Origin: Candidatus Multivorans sp.
GTDB lineage: Bacteria; Acidobacteriota; Thermoanaerobaculia; Multivoradales; Multivoraceae
DNA: 64,000 bases
Reading direction: 5' to 3'
NCBI GenBank assembly: GCA_965224025.1
Contig: OZ245033.1
Coordinates: forward strand, 256,001-320,000
Shown here: piece by piece, positions 1-9,809 of the stretch
Layout of the letters: every line of letters begins with the position of its first letter
How positions within the stretch are numbered: the first letter of the stretch is position 1
Notes under the pieces: generated by a model
The model's input: the letters and a program-made list of their open reading frames with translations, nothing else
Told to the model about the DNA's origin: nothing
Databases searched by the model: none
Position numbers and translations under genes: made by a program

Positions 1-2026
1 GAGCCGCTCCAACGTTCAGCGTGTAGGTCCTCGGCGTCCCGATTGCGGCTCCAGGCAGGTCGACCGCGGCAAGGACTTCTCCCGACCCCTTGTCGTAGGC
101 CACCAGTTGGGGACCATCGTCGGTGCCACCGGAAGACAACGCGTAGATGAGCAGCGTCTTCGTCAAGAGTGGCCCGAAATTGTTGACCTCACCTCCCAAT
201 GGCGGCAGATCGAGATGGCGCAGCAGGGGGTGGTTACGAATTGGGTCGCCGTTGCCGGTCGGCGTCATCCAGAGGTGCTCGCCCGTGTTCATGTCGATGG
301 CCGTCATCCGCGAATAGGGCGGCTTCCAGAGCGGCAGCCCCGGTGGCATCGGCGGCTGGCGTTGGGGGTTCCCCCCGTCCAGAAACGGCCCGGCGCCCGC
401 GACGACGTATCGCAAGTTCGACCCCTCGTCCGGCTCGGGCTCGCGAAAGCGCACGACGGAGTGCACACCTTTTGACGGCACGTAGAGAATGCCCGTCTCC
501 GGGTCTACCGCCGCGCCGCCCCAACTGGCACCGCCCGCGCCGCCTGGACGGTAGATCGTGCCGCGCAACGAGTGCGGGGTGTACAGCGGGCCGAGCCGGA
601 ACCCCTCGACCGCCTTGACCGCCATCTGGCGGATCTCGGGGGTGAAGTCGACCAGGTCGTCTATCGAAGTGCCCTGATGCTCGAAGGGCGCCGGCTTGGT
701 CGGGAACGGCTGGGTCGGTGACAGGACCTCTCCCTCCAGGTCAGTGTCGGTCGGCACGGGCCGCTCTTCAATCGGCCAGACCGGTTCGCCCGTCACGCGG
801 TCGAAGGTGTAGACGAACCCCTGCTTGGTCACCTGGGCGGCCGCCTTCACCCGGCGGCCGTCAACGGTGATGTCGAGCAGGTTCGGTCCCGCCGGGATGT
901 CGTAGTTCCACAGGCCGTGGTGCACGATCTGGAAGTGCCAGACGCGCTCGCCCGTCTCTACATCCACACAAACCAGACTCTGCGCAAAGAGGTTGTCGCC
1001 AGGCCGCTCGCCGCCCCAACTGTCGGAGGTCGGGGCGCTCGTCGGCAGATAGACGTAGCCGAGCTCGGGGTCCGCCGTGATGTTCCCCCAGGTATTCGTG
1101 TGGCCCGAGTAGCGCCACGACTCGTTCTGCCACGTGTCGGCCCCGAACTCATCGGCGCTCTGCGGCACGTTGTGGAAGTCCCACTTGTGCCGCCCGGTGC
1201 GCGCGTCGTAGGCGCGCACGAACCCCGGCGTGCCCTCTTTCGTGACGCCAAGGTCGTGGATTGTCGAGGGTGCGCCGATGATGATCGTGTCACCCACGAT
1301 CAGCGGAGCTGACCGCGACGGGGAAGGCAGCCCGCTGGGGTTCTCGCGAGGCCGCGGCAGACCCTCCTCCAGACTGACGCGCCCGTTGTCGCCGAACCCG
1401 GTGGCGAGGAGGCCGGTCTTCGCGTCGACGGCCGTCAGATAGCCGTCGCCCGTGCCCCAAATGATCCGCGCCTCGCCCCCGTTCTCCCAGTAGGCCACCC
1501 CGCGGTGTTTCCAGGGCGCAGGGACCGGCGGGCTGGCGGCCTCGTAGACTCGCGGGTTGTAGACCCAGCGCGTCTCACCCGTCCGGGCATCGATCGCCGC
1601 CGCCTGATAGAACGGGGTGCTCAGATACAGCACGCCGTCGACCATGAGCGGGACCGCCTCGAAGAAGATTGATTGCAATGAAACATTCGGCCGCGTCGCG
1701 AAGCGGTAGAACGTCCGCGTCGGCCAGCGGCCTGGCTCGGCCGCCTCGAGCCGGTCGAAGAGTGCCTCGGAGGGGATGAGCGAGATCCCGTGCTCATCCT
1801 CGAACGGGAGATGGGAGTCGGCGATGCGCCAGCGCCAGGCCACCTCGAGGTCGCCGAAGTTCTCGCCGGTGATCTGATCGAGCGGCGCGTACTTCGTGCC
1901 CCACATGTCGCCGGCGTAGGTGCGCCACTCGCCGCCTGCCGCGCCCTGCTGCGCGTCGACCGACGCCGCCCAGAGCCACGTGAGGGTCAGCGTCGCGGCC
2001 ACCAGGACCCGTGTGCGCCGTCTCAT
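1..2026 (-). CDS. PQQ-dependent (quinoprotein glucose-type) dehydrogenase, 3'-partial
   Basis: Not in ORF track because it runs off the window edge. Manual translation from ATG 2026: signal peptide, then EWRTYAGDMWGTKYAPLDQIT..LEVAWRW; later WHFQIVHHGLWNYD and TKQGFVYTFDRVTGEPVWPIEER, typical of the PQQ beta-propeller family. Confidence 0.85.
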   Translation of the reverse strand, partial: MRRRTRVLVAATLTLTWLWAASVDAQQGAAGGEWRTYAGDMWGTKYAPLDQITGENFGDLEVAWRWRIADSHLPFEDEHGISLIPSEALFDRLEAAEPGRWPTRTFYRFATRPNVSLQSIFFEAVPLMVDGVLYLSTPFYQAAAIDARTGETRWVYNPRVYEAASPPVPAPWKHRGVAYWENGGEARIIWGTGDGYLTAVDAKTGLLATGFGDNGRVSLEEGLPRPRENPSGLPSPSRSAPLIVGDTIIIGAPSTIHDLGVTKEGTPGFVRAYDARTGRHKWDFHNVPQSADEFGADTWQNESWRYSGHTNTWGNITADPELGYVYLPTSAPTSDSWGGERPGDNLFAQSLVCVDVETGERVWHFQIVHHGLWNYDIPAGPNLLDITVDGRRVKAAAQVTKQGFVYTFDRVTGEPVWPIEERPVPTDTDLEGEVLSPTQPFPTKPAPFEHQGTSIDDLVDFTPEIRQMAVKAVEGFRLGPLYTPHSLRGTIYRPGGAGGASWGGAAVDPETGILYVPSKGVHSVVRFREPEPDEGSNLRYVVAGAGPFLDGGNPQRQPPMPPGLPLWKPPYSRMTAIDMNTGEHLWMTPTGNGDPIRNHPLLRHLDLPPLGGEVNNFGPLLTKTLLIYALSSGGTDDGPQLVAYDKGSGEVLAAVDLPGAAIGTPRTYTLNVGAA

Positions 2027-2088
2027 CCTGCGCAGCACCCGCTGGATGTCGACCACCGGCGATTCACCCGCGGCCCTCTCAACCCTGC

Positions 2089-2496
2089 TTATCGCCCATC
2101 GGGAGCGCCAGTGCCAGAGGACCCCGCAAAGAACCTTGACCCATCGGGCAACGTGATGTCCCTGGCGTTCGCTGTGTTCGATCCGTTCTTGGCACCAAAG
2201 CCATCGATGACCAGTTCCGTGCCAATCGGGACCGAATACTTGTTCAGGCCCCGCCTGATCAACGCGTTCGGGGCGCCCAATTCAATGGCCCAACTCACCT
2301 CCTGGCCGTCTGGACCTTCCACATCGATGTGTATCCAGCAGTGGGGGTTTATCCACTCCGTTTTCGTGACGGTGCCGCGTAGCTGAAGCGGCCTGTCCAC
2401 GTCGAATTCGGCCGAAAACGCATGGTGCGCCAGCACGGGTCCCGCGGCCAGCAGCATGCCGAAGCCGACAACCGCCAAGAAGAGCCTTGTTCCCAT
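2089..2496 (-). CDS. DUF6152-family secreted protein
   Basis: Signal peptide followed by AHHAFSAEFD...GTVTKTEWINPH motif; start moved to ATG 2496. Confidence 0.7.
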   Translation of the reverse strand: MGTRLFLAVVGFGMLLAAGPVLAHHAFSAEFDVDRPLQLRGTVTKTEWINPHCWIHIDVEGPDGQEVSWAIELGAPNALIRRGLNKYSVPIGTELVIDGFGAKNGSNTANARDITLPDGSRFFAGSSGTGAPDGR

Positions 2497-2656
2497 GAAA
2501 GTCACCTCGCCGTAGATCTCAGAGATTCTGCCACTAATCCTCGCCGTGCGCTCCCGCCCCTGTCCAGGAGACGGGGCGGATTCTTTCGGAGAACTCCTAA
2601 CCGCTGCGCCGTTGATGGCGCCGAGAGCCACGTGAGTGTCAGCGTCGCGGGCTGTT

Positions 2657-3796
2657 CTAGTTCGCGACGTACTTCGTGATGCCGCCGCCGGCGGTGGGAC
2701 GGGAATCCGGCCCTTCCGCCGCATAGATGTTGCCGTCCTCATCCACGGCGACACCCTCACCGGCGACCCCTTGCACGCGATCGTCGTGAGGGTGCGGCGG
2801 CACGAAGCCGGTCAGCCGGTCCTCGCCGGCCGGTCCGATCCGCACACCGTTCTTCCAGGCGGGGTGGTTGTTTGGGCCCGAGTCCGAATCGATCGCATAG
2901 AGCGTGTCGTCGGCGGTGATGAACAGCCCACTGACCTTGCTGTACTGCATGTAGGTGTCGAGGAGGTTGCCGTCCTGGTCGAAGATTTGGATCCGGCTAT
3001 TGCCACGGTCCGCGACATACAGACGGCCTTGCGAGTCGAACGCCAGTCCGTGCGGCGTGCGAAACTGCCCGGGACGGAAGCCGATTTCACCCCACTCCTT
3101 GATGAAGTTGCCCTCGCTGTCGAACTTGAGGATCCGTCCGGTCGCGCCCGGAGGCGGATCAGGCGCCTGGCCGCTATGTCCGTCAGACACGAAGATGTCG
3201 CCGTTGGGCGCCGTAGTGACATCGCACGGCTGGTAGAGCTGGCCAGGGCCGCTTCCGGGCACCCCCGCCTCGCCGAGTCGCAGCAGGATCTCGCCCTCCG
3301 GGCTGAACTTGATCACCTGATGCCCCTTGGTCGCGGCCTCGTTCCCTGCGAAGTCGGTCACCCAGACGTTGCCGTCGCTGTCCACGTGGAGACCGTGCGG
3401 TACCACGAACAGTCCGGCCCCGAAGCTGGTCAGGATCTCACCAGTGTTCCTGTCGAACTTGAAGATCGGATCGAGCTCCGGGTTGGCCTCGCACCCACCG
3501 TCCAGACCGCCACCGCACCGGTCATAGGCCCAGACATGCCCGTCGGGACCGATATCGATGCCCGCGGTCGAACCCCAAACCCGCCCGACGGGGAGCGGCG
3601 CCCAGTTCAAGATCACGTCGCCGGTCGGATTCGGCAGCGACCGATCCACCCGGTCGCTCATCTTCCCGTCGTCCATCGCGCCCGTCTCCTCCTCCACCGC
3701 CGGAGCGCCACCGCCACAGGCCACGAGAGCCACCAGCGGTAGGGACAGGAGCGCCAGCCCGCCTCGGCTCGCCAGGATCGATCGGAATTCACGCAT
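2657..3796 (-). CDS. NHL-repeat beta-propeller lipoprotein (peptidyl-alpha-hydroxyglycine lyase-like)
   Basis: Lipobox LVAC; repeats FVVPHGLHVDSDGNVWVTD and FRTPHGLAFDSQGRLYVADRGNSRIQIFD. Confidence 0.8.
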   Translation of the reverse strand: MREFRSILASRGGLALLSLPLVALVACGGGAPAVEEETGAMDDGKMSDRVDRSLPNPTGDVILNWAPLPVGRVWGSTAGIDIGPDGHVWAYDRCGGGLDGGCEANPELDPIFKFDRNTGEILTSFGAGLFVVPHGLHVDSDGNVWVTDFAGNEAATKGHQVIKFSPEGEILLRLGEAGVPGSGPGQLYQPCDVTTAPNGDIFVSDGHSGQAPDPPPGATGRILKFDSEGNFIKEWGEIGFRPGQFRTPHGLAFDSQGRLYVADRGNSRIQIFDQDGNLLDTYMQYSKVSGLFITADDTLYAIDSDSGPNNHPAWKNGVRIGPAGEDRLTGFVPPHPHDDRVQGVAGEGVAVDEDGNIYAAEGPDSRPTAGGGITKYVAN

Positions 3797-4034
3797 GTTG
3801 CCCACCTTTCTCTGGGTGACGCCAGGAAGCAAAAAGATAGCTCTAGCGGCTCGCGTGATGAGCATCGCGCTCCTCCCTAGTTTACTCAGTACGGCAGCCT
3901 GACCATCAGCGTAGACGCCAAGCTGATTCGCCGAGCGAAGCGCCATGCGGCGGCGCGCGGCGTCTCCTTGTCGTCCCTCATGTCACAGCCGGCTGCCACA
4001 GCTTGTCGCAGCTTGTGCGTTAACTGGCTTCGGC

Positions 4035-4445
4035 TCAGCGGGGTTCCAGGAGGGGCAGGTCGATCTCCTGGAAGTCTCGCGTGTTCAGCGTAGCCAAGGA
4101 GTAGTCGCGACTCTTCGCGGTGCCCGCGATCTGCGAGTCGGCCAGGCTCATCGGCGAGCCTTCGAGTCGTCGTTGCGCCCGGAGCTTTGCGCTCTCCGTG
4201 GCGGCGTCCGAATCGAACGGGACGAGGCGGTCCGAGAAGGCATCGACGATCCGCGCAAACAAGCGGGTCAAACGCAGCCGCTTCCGCCCGCGTGGCAGCA
4301 ATTCGATGCCGAAAGTGATCTCGTCCACGGTGACGGCCGAGACGAACAGGCTTGAAGGGGCGTGGCTGTCCAGCCAATTCATCACGTGCTCGTCCGGTTC
4401 GATGCGCATGGCCTCCGACAGGACATTGGTGTCCAGGAGGATCAT
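4035..4445 (-). CDS. vapC: VapC/FitB-type PIN toxin
   Basis: MILLDTNVLSE N-terminus, DSQIAGTA and TLNTRDF PIN motifs; overlaps upstream antitoxin by 4 nt. Confidence 0.9.
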   Translation of the reverse strand: MILLDTNVLSEAMRIEPDEHVMNWLDSHAPSSLFVSAVTVDEITFGIELLPRGRKRLRLTRLFARIVDAFSDRLVPFDSDAATESAKLRAQRRLEGSPMSLADSQIAGTAKSRDYSLATLNTRDFQEIDLPLLEPR

Positions 4446-4699
4446 CGCGACTCGTTCTCGCCGTAGTCGGGCGAGGTGAAGTCGATCGGGTCGTCCACTT
4501 CGCGTGCCGGCAATTCGAGATCGAAGCCGTCGTCGCCGACGATCCGGCGGATCATGGCGCCGACCGGCTCTTCGTCGACGACCGCGCTGCGGAGGATTCG
4601 CCGAACCGTCTCCTCCAGGGACAAAGACTCCCGCTCCGCACGAATCTTCAGGCGATGGACGACCTCACTGTCCAGGCGACGTACACTCAGGCTTGCCAT
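4442..4699 (-). CDS. FitA-like ribbon-helix-helix antitoxin
   Basis: MASLSVRRLDSEVVHRLKIRAERESLSLEETVRRIL; directly upstream of the PIN toxin. Confidence 0.8.
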   Translation of the reverse strand: MASLSVRRLDSEVVHRLKIRAERESLSLEETVRRILRSAVVDEEPVGAMIRRIVGDDGFDLELPAREVDDPIDFTSPDYGENESR

Positions 4700-4774
4700 G
4701 GGTTTCACTCCATCAGTTACACGGTCGGATGCTAGCACGACATGCCGAAGTGCTGGCAGTCAGTTGACCACACC

Positions 4775-5968
4775 ATGAACGACGTCACACCATCCCGGAC
4801 CGTCGGCTACATGACGCCGGAGCGCGAGATGCTCCGCCGGATCGCGCGGGACTTCACGGACAAGGAAGTCCTGCCGGTCGCCAACGAGCTCGACCCGAAG
4901 AAGGGGACGATCCCGCAGTCGCTGATCGACCAGATGGGCGAGCTGGGCTTCTTCGGCATCGTGATCCCGGAGGAGTACGGCGGCGCCGGGCTGGGGGCGT
5001 TCGAGTACTGCCTGGTCGCCGAGGAGCTGGCGCGGGGTTGGATGAGCGTGGCGAGCATCATCGCCCGCGGCAACGGCTTCTACAGGTCGATCCCCTTCGA
5101 GGGCGAAGAGCGCCGGAAGCGGATCAGGCTGATGGCACAGGGCAAGTACCTCGGCGCGCTCGCGATGTCGGAGCCGGAGGTCGGCTCGGACATCTCGTCG
5201 ATCACCTGCCGGGCGCGGATGGAGGACGACCATTGGGTGATCACCGGCAACAAGTACTGGTGCACCTTCGCCGACGGCGCGAACTTCATCCAGGTCATCG
5301 CGCGGACGGAGGGGGATCCGTCGAAGCGCCACGCCGCCCTGACCGGGATCGGGATCGAGAAGCCGCCCGGCGAGCTGCCCGAAGGCGTCACCGGTTCGCC
5401 GATCCCGAAGATCGGCTACCACGGGTGGAAGACCTGGGAGCTCCACTTCGACAACGTGCGGGTGCCGATCACGAAGCGCCAGAAGGAGGCGAAGGGCCAG
5501 GCGTTCTACGGCATGGCGCGGGGGCTTGAGAGCGCCCGGGCCCACACCGCGGCGCGGTCGATCGGCCTCGCCCAGGGCGCGCTCGAGCAGGCGATCGCGT
5601 ACTCGAAGGAGCGCATCCAGTTCCGGCGTCCGATCGCCGACTTCCAGGCGATCCGCTTCAAGATCGCGAACATGGCGGCCGAGGTCGAGGCGGCCCGGCA
5701 GTTGAACTACTCGGTCTGCGCGAAGATCGACACTGGCGTGTCGGCCGCCAAGGAGGCGGCGATGGTCAAGTACTACGCCGCCGAGATGTCGGAGCGGGTG
5801 TGCTCCGACGCGCTGCAGGTGCTGGCCGGCGCCGGCTACACGACGGACTACCCGGTGGAGCGCTACTGGCGCGACGCGCGGCTGACGAAGATCTTCGAGG
5901 GGACGTCTGAGATCATGCTGAAGATCGTGTCGGACGCGTTGCTTGGAAAGCCGTCGAGGAGGAGTTGA
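4775..5968 (+). CDS. Acyl-CoA dehydrogenase
   Basis: AMSEPEVGSD, ITGNKYWCT, RIQFRRPIADFQ, RDARLTKIFEGTSEI. Confidence 0.92.
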   Translation: MNDVTPSRTVGYMTPEREMLRRIARDFTDKEVLPVANELDPKKGTIPQSLIDQMGELGFFGIVIPEEYGGAGLGAFEYCLVAEELARGWMSVASIIARGNGFYRSIPFEGEERRKRIRLMAQGKYLGALAMSEPEVGSDISSITCRARMEDDHWVITGNKYWCTFADGANFIQVIARTEGDPSKRHAALTGIGIEKPPGELPEGVTGSPIPKIGYHGWKTWELHFDNVRVPITKRQKEAKGQAFYGMARGLESARAHTAARSIGLAQGALEQAIAYSKERIQFRRPIADFQAIRFKIANMAAEVEAARQLNYSVCAKIDTGVSAAKEAAMVKYYAAEMSERVCSDALQVLAGAGYTTDYPVERYWRDARLTKIFEGTSEIMLKIVSDALLGKPSRRS

Positions 5969-6039
5969 CGGGCGCGTCCATTCAGAGGGCGATCGCGGAA
6001 TGGTCTTGACTATTCCACGATAGTAAGAAGAATGGTCGC

Positions 6040-7251
6040 GTGGACTTGGAGTCGCCGCGGATCTATGACCCGATCCTGACGGAGCATCTCGGCCGGAATC
6101 GGCAGATGGCCTTCGTCAGCGGCCCGCGGCAGGTCGGCAAGACGACCACCTGTCGCGCCAGGGCCGACGCAACCCTCAACTGGGACGATCTCGACCATCG
6201 GGAACTCGTGCTCGCCGGTCCCCGTCGGGTCGTCGATGCGTTGGGGCTGGACCGCCTGTCCGAGACGCCGCCCGTCGTGCTGTTCGACGAGCTCCACAAG
6301 TTCGCGCGCTGGAAGTCCTTCCTCAAGGGACTCTTCGACAGCTACGGGGGCCGGATGCGGATTCTGGTCACCGGGAGCAGTCGGCTGGACGTCTACCGGC
6401 GCGGTGGCGACAGCCTGATGGGGCGCTACTTCCTCTACCGGATGCACCCCTTTTCGGTGGCTGAAGTTGCGCTGCGGGATCCGGCCGAGCCGCTTGGCCT
6501 GCTGCGCTCGCCCCGGGCGATTGGCGACGGCGACTTCGAGGCGCTCTGGAGGCACGGCGGTTTTCCCGAGCCGTACCTCAGGCGTGACATCCGCTTCACC
6601 CGTCGCTGGCGGACTCTCCGGTTCGGGCAACTGGTCCGTGAGGAGGTGCGAGACCTGACCCGAATCCAGCAACTGGACCAGTTGGAGGTCCTGGTGCGTG
6701 TGCTCTCCGACCGTTCCGGACAGCAGGTGGTCTACGACAATCTCGCAAGGCAGGTCCAGGTGGCGGCCGACACCGTTCGCCGCTGGGTCGCGGCGCTTGT
6801 CGACCTTCACCTGGGTTTCCTGGTGCGCCCCTGGTTTCGCAACCTCTCTCGGTCGCTGCGCAAGGAGCCCAAGTGGTACCTGCGGGACTGGTCAGGCGTC
6901 GAGGACACTGGCCAGCGCGCAGAGACATTCGTTGCCTGCCACCTCGCCAAGGCCGTCGACGGCTGGAACGACCTCGGCTTGGGCGACTTCGAACTCGCCT
7001 ATCTGCGGGACAAGGAGAAGCGCGAAGTCGATCTGCTCGTCGTGCGGGATGGCGACCCCTGGATCCTCGCCGAAATCAAGCACGGCGGCGACTCGCTGAG
7101 CCCTCACCTCCGCTACTACCAGGACCGCCTGCGGGCGCCCTTCGCCTTCCAGGTCTCGGTCGCGGCTGACTACGTCGACCGGAGCTGCTTCGAGGATCCT
7201 GGAAGGCCCTTGATCGTCCCGGCGCGAACGTTGCTGTCGCAGCTCCTGTGA
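6040..7251 (+). CDS. AAA_14 ATPase with DUF4143 domain
   Basis: Walker A GPRQVGKTT, Walker B VLFDELH, VTGSS, GGFPE, C-terminal EVD..EIK nuclease-like motif. Confidence 0.85.
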   Translation: MDLESPRIYDPILTEHLGRNRQMAFVSGPRQVGKTTTCRARADATLNWDDLDHRELVLAGPRRVVDALGLDRLSETPPVVLFDELHKFARWKSFLKGLFDSYGGRMRILVTGSSRLDVYRRGGDSLMGRYFLYRMHPFSVAEVALRDPAEPLGLLRSPRAIGDGDFEALWRHGGFPEPYLRRDIRFTRRWRTLRFGQLVREEVRDLTRIQQLDQLEVLVRVLSDRSGQQVVYDNLARQVQVAADTVRRWVAALVDLHLGFLVRPWFRNLSRSLRKEPKWYLRDWSGVEDTGQRAETFVACHLAKAVDGWNDLGLGDFELAYLRDKEKREVDLLVVRDGDPWILAEIKHGGDSLSPHLRYYQDRLRAPFAFQVSVAADYVDRSCFEDPGRPLIVPARTLLSQLL

Positions 7252-7372
7252 CTGGGGGTGCCGCGAGTCATCGCCGGTGATCAGAGTGCCGGTGACCTAC
7301 ACTCCGAAGGCGTAGCGTCGGTTCTCGGCGGCATCTGGGGCTCTAGGGAGTCCGGAAAGTGGAGGAAACACG

Positions 7373-8731
7373 ATGAGACTTGCGAACCATCTCTGGGACC
7401 GCTTTGGCCGCTTGACCCTCGACGACATCCCGGTGGAGGCCCGCACCGTGGCCGGCCAGTGTGTGCTCGACTGGTTCGGCTGTGCGCTGGCCGGCAGCCG
7501 CGAGCCGCTGTCCGGGATCTTGCGCGATGAGCTGGCCGGCCAGGCCGGTCCGTGCTCGATCGTCGGCACGGAGCTGCACTGCGCGCCGGGCGTCGCCGCC
7601 CTGCTGAACGGCGCCGCCGGCCACGCGCTCGATTTCGACGACACGCACAGCATGATGGGCGGTCATCCAACGGTGCCGGTCTTCCCGGCCGCCCTGGCGC
7701 AGGCCCAGGAGATGGGCGCGCGCGGCGAGCGGCTGCTCGTCGCCTTCATTGTCGGCGTGGAGGTCGAGTCGCGCGTCGGCGCGCTGATCGGAGGCGCCGC
7801 CTACGCCAAGGGCTGGCACTCGACGTCGACGATCGGCGTCCACGGCGCCGCGGCCGCGGCCTGCCACCTGCTCGGTGCGAGCAACGAGCAGTTCGCGCAC
7901 GCCCTGGGCCTCGCGGCCTCGCAGGCCAGCGGTCTCAAGGCGAACTTCGGCACGATGACCAAGCCGTTCCACGCCGGGCACGCCGCCGAGCGCGGCCTGC
8001 TCTCGGCGCGGCTGGCGATGCGCGGCTTCACCTCGAACCCGGAGGCCGTTGACGGCCGGCAGGGCTACGCCGACGCCGCGGCTACCGGCCACGAAGCGGT
8101 CAAGTGGCAGCGACTGGAGGAACAGGACGGCCGCTTCCTGATCGAGGACACGCTGTTCAAGTACCACGCCGCCTGCTACCTGACCCACGCGGCGATCGAG
8201 TCGGTTGGGCGGCTGCGGCCCCAGTTGGCGGCGGAGGGGATCTCGGCAAGGGACGTCGAGAAGGCGATCGTCACGGTGCATCCGGGCCTGCTCGACGTGT
8301 GCGGCATTCCCGAACCGAAGACCGGCCTGGAGGCGAAGTTCAGCCTGGTCGCCACGACGTCGTTGGCGATGCTCGGAATCGACACGACGGACACCGGGAC
8401 CTTCGTCGACGAGACGCTGGACGATCCGGAGGTTGCGCGGATGATCGACAAGGTCGAGGTGCGGACCGACCGCTTGCTCGGCCACACTCAGGCCCGGGTG
8501 GAGCTACGGGCGAACGGGCATCGGCTGGAGGAGTTCCATGACACCGGCATCCCGGCGACGGACCTGGAGGCGCAGGGGGCGAAGCTGGCGGCGAAGATGA
8601 CTGGTTTGGCGGCGCCGCTGCTGGGGACGGAGGCGAGCGAGCGGCTGCGGGAGTTGTCGTTGCGGTTGGAGACGGTTACGGACGTTCGCGACCTCGCTGG
8701 GCTTGCCGCCGGTTCGCGCGAAGCCGCATGA
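7373..8731 (+). CDS. MmgE/PrpD family protein
   Basis: NGAAGHALDFDDTH, HP, GWHST, TKPFHAG, FKYHAAC. Confidence 0.9.
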   Translation: MRLANHLWDRFGRLTLDDIPVEARTVAGQCVLDWFGCALAGSREPLSGILRDELAGQAGPCSIVGTELHCAPGVAALLNGAAGHALDFDDTHSMMGGHPTVPVFPAALAQAQEMGARGERLLVAFIVGVEVESRVGALIGGAAYAKGWHSTSTIGVHGAAAAACHLLGASNEQFAHALGLAASQASGLKANFGTMTKPFHAGHAAERGLLSARLAMRGFTSNPEAVDGRQGYADAAATGHEAVKWQRLEEQDGRFLIEDTLFKYHAACYLTHAAIESVGRLRPQLAAEGISARDVEKAIVTVHPGLLDVCGIPEPKTGLEAKFSLVATTSLAMLGIDTTDTGTFVDETLDDPEVARMIDKVEVRTDRLLGHTQARVELRANGHRLEEFHDTGIPATDLEAQGAKLAAKMTGLAAPLLGTEASERLRELSLRLETVTDVRDLAGLAAGSREAA

Positions 8732-8856
8732 GGGACTACGCCGCCACGAGGTGGCTTCCCGAACTCAAATCCGTCCTGTAGGGTTCTCCGTTCGCTACAC
8801 TGCCGCCATCGCGGCTGTGGTGAATCGAGTAACTAGCGCCACGGAGGTACTCCGAC

Positions 8857-9198
8857 ATGAGTAGACCGCCTGGGTGGCGAATCACGGTTGGGATTGAGGC
8901 GCATCAAGAGGACGGTGAGTGGGTCGCCACCTGCCCGGACCTCGGCTTGGCCAGTCAGGGAGCTACGCTCGACGAGGCCTTGGAGATGCTGCAAGAGGCG
9001 ACGGTCCTCTTCTTTGAAACGAGCGACGAACTGGGGATCCTGGCCGAGGAACTGGTCAAGAAGGGACTCCTGACGCGCGATCTGGCCCCCCACTTCAGGT
9101 TCGAGGTCACGACATCGGCGCTGCCGCGCCGCGCGACCGATGGCGGGCCCCCGACGCTTCTCGAGTTGCCACTGAATGGCCAGGTTGCCGTCACTTAA
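8857..9198 (+). CDS. hicB: HicB-like antitoxin
   Basis: EDGEWVATCPDLGLASQGATLDEALEMLQEA RNase H-like motif; RBS GGAGG. Confidence 0.8.
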   Translation: MSRPPGWRITVGIEAHQEDGEWVATCPDLGLASQGATLDEALEMLQEATVLFFETSDELGILAEELVKKGLLTRDLAPHFRFEVTTSALPRRATDGGPPTLLELPLNGQVAVT

Positions 9199-9424
9199 GC
9201 CGCGAGAAGTTGTACGCGCCTTCGAGCGACTCGGTTACAAGACGATCCGGCAGAAGGGGTCGCACCTGTGGACCCCGGGACGTTCACCGGTGGTGGTGCC
9301 GATGCACCGGAAGGACGTGAAGCTTGGAACTCTGTCCAGCTTGCTCCGGGGAGCCGGGATCGAACGCGACGAGTTCCTGGTGGCGCTGAAGAAAGAAACG
9401 GAAGTGATGGGCACGGGCACCTAA
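9176..9424 (+). CDS. hicA: HicA-like mRNA interferase
   Basis: RQKGSH, VVVPMH, GTLSSLLRGAGI; overlaps hicB by 23 nt. Confidence 0.8.
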   Translation: MARLPSLKPREVVRAFERLGYKTIRQKGSHLWTPGRSPVVVPMHRKDVKLGTLSSLLRGAGIERDEFLVALKKETEVMGTGT

Positions 9425-9429
9425 GCGGA

Positions 9430-9457
9430 GCCGGCCTTGCGGCCGGCGCACCCAGTG
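9430..9457 (+). repeat. REP-like palindrome, family B (degenerate)
   Basis: GCCGGCCttgcGGCCGGCGCACCCAGTG between convergent genes. Confidence 0.7.
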
Positions 9458-9478
9458 ATTTGCGGCCAGCTTTCCGAG

Positions 9479-9599
9479 CTACCCCTCAATCCCCCCAATG
9501 CACATGTACTTGATCTCGAGGTAGTCGTCGAGTCCGTACTTCGACCCTTCGCGGCCGTGGCCGGATTCCTTCATGCCGCCGAAGGGGGCCATTTCGTTG
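9479..9599 (-). pseudogene. gabD: 3' fragment of NAD(P)-dependent succinate-semialdehyde dehydrogenase, split by IS1595 element
   Basis: Translates [39 protein letters not shown], an exact in-frame continuation of the 12457-13846 ORF once the IS and one TSD are removed. Confidence 0.92.
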
Positions 9600-9631
9600 G
9601 GGGATTATATCCGTAGGTTGACAGAAACCGA

Positions 9632-9766
9632 TCACGCCTCGGCCTTCTTGGTGGCCTTGACCGGCTTCGCCCGGTCCTTCATCAGCAGCCAGTGCGCCAC
9701 CTGCTTCGGAGTCGCGCCGTTGTAGTTGGCCTTCAATCCCTTGCGGCGAGGCTTCTTGATCTTCAT
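9632..9766 (-). CDS. Small basic hypothetical protein inside the IS (44 aa)
   Basis: MKIKKPRRKGLKANYNGATPKQVAHWLLMKDRAKPVKATKKAEA*; fills the space between the MTase stop and the TIR. Confidence 0.5.
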   Translation of the reverse strand: MKIKKPRRKGLKANYNGATPKQVAHWLLMKDRAKPVKATKKAEA

Positions 9767-9809
9767 AACAGCGCCGCTCACCTAGGCCCGCCGTAGATGG
9801 AATGCTCCC

